From Chiloscyllium plagiosum (Eukaryota): a DNA stretch of 22,965 nt. How positions within the stretch are numbered: position 1 is the stretch's first letter; each line of letters opens with the position of its first letter. The DNA is taken from positions 71,666,080 to 71,689,044 of the forward strand of contig NC_057711.1 of the NCBI RefSeq assembly GCF_004010195.1. Reading direction: 5' to 3'. Under the pieces are notes generated by a model that was not told the origin of the DNA, did no database searches, and saw only the letters and a list, made by a program, of their open reading frames with translations. Made by a program: the position numbers and the translations under genes. Positions 21,521 through 22,965 of this stretch are shown here, piece after piece.

Positions 21521-21929
21521 GACCATATTTTCATCAACTAGGACAGATTCTGTCGATCTTTAAAAATAATGGTCAGAACCCCATTTTGATGACTTCTATT
21601 TTTGCTGGTAGACACAAGTAGGAGGGAAACCCAAACTCAGCAGGGTCACTTGTATATTGTGCTGAGCCCAAGAAGATCCCATTTTGTTTGTAGTAAGAGC
21701 ATTTACCCAGTTTGAGAGTCAAGATTTTGAAACAGACATGACCACACTTTAAGGTTGAAGAAGGTTTGATTAACAGTCACGATTTGAAGTTGTTTTTAAT
21801 TCCTTTCTCTTTAAACTGTCAAAAGGACTTACTTCAGTTTTCACTGATACCTCCGCCCAACTGCTTTGATTCATAGGCCAGCAGGAGGCTGGAAGAACAC
21901 AGACAGCCCTCCACCACATCTCCTCCATT

Positions 21930-22309
21930 CCCTGCTCCACTGCTCTAAACCCCTCTTTCCTCCAAACATAATAAAGACAAGGTTCCCCTTGACCTTATTT
22001 TCCATCCCACTAGCCTCTGCATCCAATGTATCATCCTCAAACACTTCTGTTAACTCCAATTAGATCCCACCACCCAGAATACCTTGCCCTCTTCACCCCT
22101 CTCTGCCTTCCACAAGCACTGTACCCTTTGGTACTCCTTGGTTTGTGTCACTCTTCCCACCAACACCGCCCCCCCCCCCCCCGAACCCCCAGTACCTTCC
22201 CCTGCAACTGTAAAAAAATGCAAAACCTGCCGACACACCAACCCCCTCACCTCCATTCAGGGCCCCAGTCTTTCCAGGTGAGGCAGAGATTCACCTGCCT
22301 CTCTTCCAG
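21930..22309 (+). pseudogene. Penelope-like ORF remnant (linker and Cys-rich segment preceding the GIY-YIG endonuclease)
   Basis: Frameshifted pieces PSSPLSAFHK..LWYSLV..TLPTN, TFPCNCKK/CKTCRHT..LTSIQGP and QSFQVRQRFTCLSS. Truncated just before the expected GIY-like motif. Confidence 0.8.
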
Positions 22310-22422
22310 ATTCTGGATTAGTGGTGCTGGAAGAGCACAGCAATTCAGGCAGCATCTGAGGACAGGCAAAATCCGAGGACAGGCAAAATCGACGTTTCGG
22401 GCAAAAGCCCTTCATCAGGAAT
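22306..22422 (-). mobile_element. Inverted PLE terminal repeat (family A) with an internal 17-bp tandem duplication (22354-22390)
   Basis: The reverse complement is homologous to 19295-19388; 'atcYgaggacaggcaaa' occurs twice. Confidence 0.8.
22387..22422 (-). ncRNA. Minimal type I hammerhead ribozyme-like motif (family A, best preserved)
   Basis: AUUC-CUGAUGA-A-GGGC-UUUU-GCCC-GAAA-CGUC-GAUU. Predicted cleavage 3' of GUC, between 22391 and 22390. Confidence 0.7.
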
Positions 22423-22423
22423 A

Positions 22424-22734
22424 AAATGCCCTGTACAGTTGCAACATGACCTCCCAATTCTTGTACTCCATACTCTGACCAATAAAGGAAAGCACACCAC
22501 ACGTTGCCCTCACTATCTTATCTACCTGCGACTCTACTTTCAAGGAGCTTTGAACCTGCACACCAAGGTCTCTTTATTTAGCAACACTCCCTAGGACCTT
22601 ACCATTAAGTGTATAAGTCCTGCTAAGGTTTGCTTTCCTAAAATGAAGCACCTTGCATTTAGCTGAATTAAACTCTATCTGCCACTTCTCAGCCCACTGG
22701 CCCATCTGGTCCAGATCCTGTTGTAATCTGAGGT
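22424..22734 (-). mobile_element. CR1/HER1-type LINE RT fragment, inverted
   Basis: LRLQQDLDQMGQWAEKWQIEFNSAKCKVLHF...YTLNGKVLGSV is the CR1 post-YADD region. Confidence 0.92.
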
Positions 22735-22965
22735 TTACAAAATTATGAGGGGTGTTGATAGGATAAATAGACAAAGGTTTTTCCCTGTGGTGGGGGAGTC
22801 CAGAACTAGAGGGCATAGGTTTAGGGTGAGTGGGAAAAGATATAAAAGGGACCTAAGTGGTGGAGGCTGGTACATTTAAGAGGCATTTGGATGGGTATTT
22901 GAATAGGAAGGGTTTGGAGGGATATGGCCTGGGTGCTGGCAGGTGGGACTAGATTGTGTTGGGAT
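22730..22965 (+). mobile_element. CR1/HER1-type LINE 3' fragment, continuing beyond the window
   Basis: EVYKIMRGVDRINRQRFFPVVGESRTRGHRFRV..., followed by FKRHLDGYLNRKGLEGYG. Confidence 0.92.

Noticed and set aside
22169..22182. Poly-C run, potential G-quadruplex on the minus strand
   Set aside because: Homopolymer expansion inside the Penelope remnant; such run lengths are also error-prone in assemblies.

Overview
AT-rich vertebrate non-coding DNA, most likely intronic or intergenic sequence from a shark. This is inferred from the repeat repertoire: HE1-type V-SINEs, Deu-domain SINEs, CR1 and L2 LINE remnants, Penelope-like element (PLE) pieces and one probable solo LTR. No intact protein-coding gene is supportable; the ORFs are retroelement remnants or chance. 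The most striking signal is a cluster of four minimal hammerhead-ribozyme-like motifs (CUGANGA-stem II-GAAA with a palindromic 4-nt stem III) from two PLE-terminus families at 18.9-22.4 kb. One of these is a 94-bp ribozyme-only insert flanked by a perfect 11-bp target-site duplication. The window also shows several local rearrangements: an inverted duplication with a templated junction, a 130-bp tandem duplication, a duplicate pair with a gene-conversion-like core, and a twin-priming-like CR1 inversion. Candidate minus-strand splicing signals (a 9-nt microexon and a recursive-splice-like site) and two repeat-free, enhancer-like blocks are also present. Repeat family names come from my recognition of consensus patterns, not from a database search.
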